Source: Ophelia neglecta (taxonomy: Eukaryota). Taken from it: DNA of 64,000 bases. Both the position numbers and the translations under genes were made by a program. The stretch is taken from the NCBI GenBank assembly GCA_965285935.1, contig OZ260662.1, forward strand, positions 2,108,001 through 2,172,000, in the 5' to 3' direction. Shown one piece after another: positions 61,727 to 64,000 of the stretch (its first letter is position 1; each line of letters opens with the position of its first letter). Under the pieces are notes generated by a model. The model saw nothing but the letters and a program-made list of their open reading frames with translations, was not told the origin of the DNA and did not search any database.

Positions 61727-64000
61727 GAAATAGACACATACTTGATCTGGTATTAGGTATAAACCAGTTTAGAGAGTAAGCGGGGGTTGAACTTCCCATG
61801 GGATGAGCCGGTGTCTAGAAGGAAGTGTAAAGTTCTACTGGCTTTTCTGTCCTGGCTTGGAAAATCTGATACACGTCACTGTCAGAGTTGCCAGGGGGGT
61901 TTCTAGTTGGAGGGTTTTCTCGGTACTGTGGATTTTACCTAGTCCAAGGCGAATGTTAGCTGGTTGTACATCTCAGTTGCTAAAGGACTCGCATCTCCCA
62001 ACGTGGTAGTCCATGCACCATTTCTTCACCTATGTATTGGCAATGTCTAATATGGTCTGCATTTTCTTTTGGGTCTGTGGTTACCAGAGTTACATCATCA
62101 CCGTAGCTGGGCCAGTAGGAGTCGTGCCCCTATATACTGGTCCCTTTCTACACGTTGACAGTTTGGCTAATAGTCCGTTAAAGAAAAAGACACACAAGAG
62201 CATGGATAACAGACCACCCTGGTGTAGGCGTTGCTTTGACTCAAAACTTCCGGTTTATGGAACCGCCTTTGAAGATAGGAACCTCGATGGCTTTTCTGAA
62301 GCATAAGGATATATATTCAAATTTAACCATAGCATTGACGATTTCAGTCAGCACGGTAGGCAGGCGGGCGCCCCCAAATTGGACATGTTCCAGAGTAAGG
62401 CTTTCTATACCACCAGCTTTCCCAAGTTTCAGGCGCGCAATCATGGACCCAGTTTCCTCCTTGGTAAAAGGGGTTTGAAGATGTTGTCTTCCACTGTTCC
62501 TTACTGCGCCATATATGTTGGAACCTCCCCATTGACTAGGTATTTGAAGTCAATTTGATAGGTGTTTCCACATTAGGGCTGGTTAGATCAATGTCATATC
62601 TACGGTATTCTTCACGGATATTGCTCATATCTCATTTTCGATGGCGGGCGTCTTTATCACACAGCCAGGTTTGAGTTTTCTTTCACGAGTTGCCAATAAA
62701 AGTCTTGATTGAGCTACCGGAAGTGATGATTTCTGCTTGTTGTTTAACGTCTTTGTCGTGTATTGCTTATCTCCTTTACAGTATGTACCTTTGATTATTG
62801 GTACTGCTGGAAAATATCATTTTGGTCGGCACGTGACCTACCCGCACCAATCCAAGCATGCCAGGCGGCAAACTGGTCCTTTTTCAGTGTATTCACCTGA
62901 GTGCTCCGGCGAGGTTTTAACCACCATTTGAACCCGAACCACGGTATGGTATTTTCAGCCGCGGTGTCCAGCATATTTATGACTGTTTATATATGACCTC
63001 AGCTCCATCAGCCTAGGCACTTCAGTATGATACATCATGTGAAAGGACTTTAACTTTAGGATCAGTAAGAATGGAAGGTGATCTGAAAGTAAGTATTGGT
63101 CGTCTTCCATGACAGCCAAACTTATAACCTATATAGCTCCTAATGTCACCATTCCCAATGTAGGTACATCCTGGACCGGTAGGGTTATCTCACGCATCCT
63201 CTGGCACCATGACTTTTTGTTATGATGTGATCATCGAGCATCCCGTCATTACGCCTTAGTGTGGGGTAGCCTTGCGGGCTATACCTTACACTAACCTGCA
63301 TATTGCCTTCTCATACTTTACTTTGGGAACCGGTAAACACTGTCCCCCACAATTTTAGAGATGAAGTGAGAAAGATATAAGCAGACCTTGATTTGATGAG
63401 AACTTCTCAACTAATCCCTTTTGCTGGTGCTCGTGCTCCGTTAGAAGAGCTTAAAACGGCAACTATTGATGAAATTAGGTCAATTATAAAAAATATCTGC
63501 ATCAAAATCCTGTGAGCCACCCTTTGCCCAGGTGGGTTCTCAAGGTCACCCTTGAGTTAGTCCTACCTGCAATTACCCGAATCATAATTTTGTCCCGGGA
63601 ATCGGGAAAGCTGCCTAACCTGCTATGGAAAACGGTCACTGGACCAATGCTAAAAAGGCAAACCTGGACAAGGACTCTCTCGGTAATTACCTTTCTTAAT
63701 TGACAGACAGAGTTGTAGCCTCTAGTTTTGTTGATTACATGCAAAGAAACCACCTTGACGAGTTATTCTCGTGCTCCTAGATCTGTCTTCGGCATTTGAT
63801 TCCATGAGTCACTTTCAATTTGTTCATTTTGCTGAAGCAGGGATACTTTGGAACACTTCTTTTTCCACTGTATAGCTACAAAACCAATGTGGGCTATGGT
63901 CGAAAGTGATATATATGTGTTGACTAACTATAAAGTTACATTAACTGAAAAGGATGTAATAATAGGAATTCTAAGCTCACATAATGATTCCATTGCTAAT

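Larger units (their letters stand above)
57541..63812. repeat. Tandem segmental duplication, copy B
   Basis: Collinear with 50183-56812, with copy-specific indels. Confidence 0.93.

Overview
This is AT-rich, intron- and repeat-rich animal genomic DNA (it looks invertebrate), not prokaryotic, and it has no CRISPR array or operons. It carries three bounded LTR retrotransposon insertions, each with a target-site duplication (TSD): (1) a full-length BEL/Pao element (14421-22150, minus); (2) a deleted Gypsy element present as a tandem LTR-int-LTR-int-LTR dimer (22856-31855, plus); (3) a Mag-like Gypsy element (41969-46830, minus). There are also an older BEL remnant, several LINE fragments, minisatellites and MITE-like repeats. 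The ORF track misses the 3' end of a minus-strand host gene built from 81-84-nt phase-2 exons, each encoding one RI/NLRC3-type leucine-rich repeat (57818 down to the stop at 39803). One LRR exon was amplified by a ~7.4-kb tandem duplication, and two others have lost their splice acceptors. The most unusual signals are (a) a BEL element with no tRNA primer site, whose PBS position is complementary to its own LTR (9 nt, rising to 11 nt if a predicted LTR intron is spliced), which suggests self-priming, and (b) an 838-bp Gypsy-derived insert bounded by inverted copies of an LTR end with a clean 5-bp TSD. All alignments and divergence figures were done by eye.
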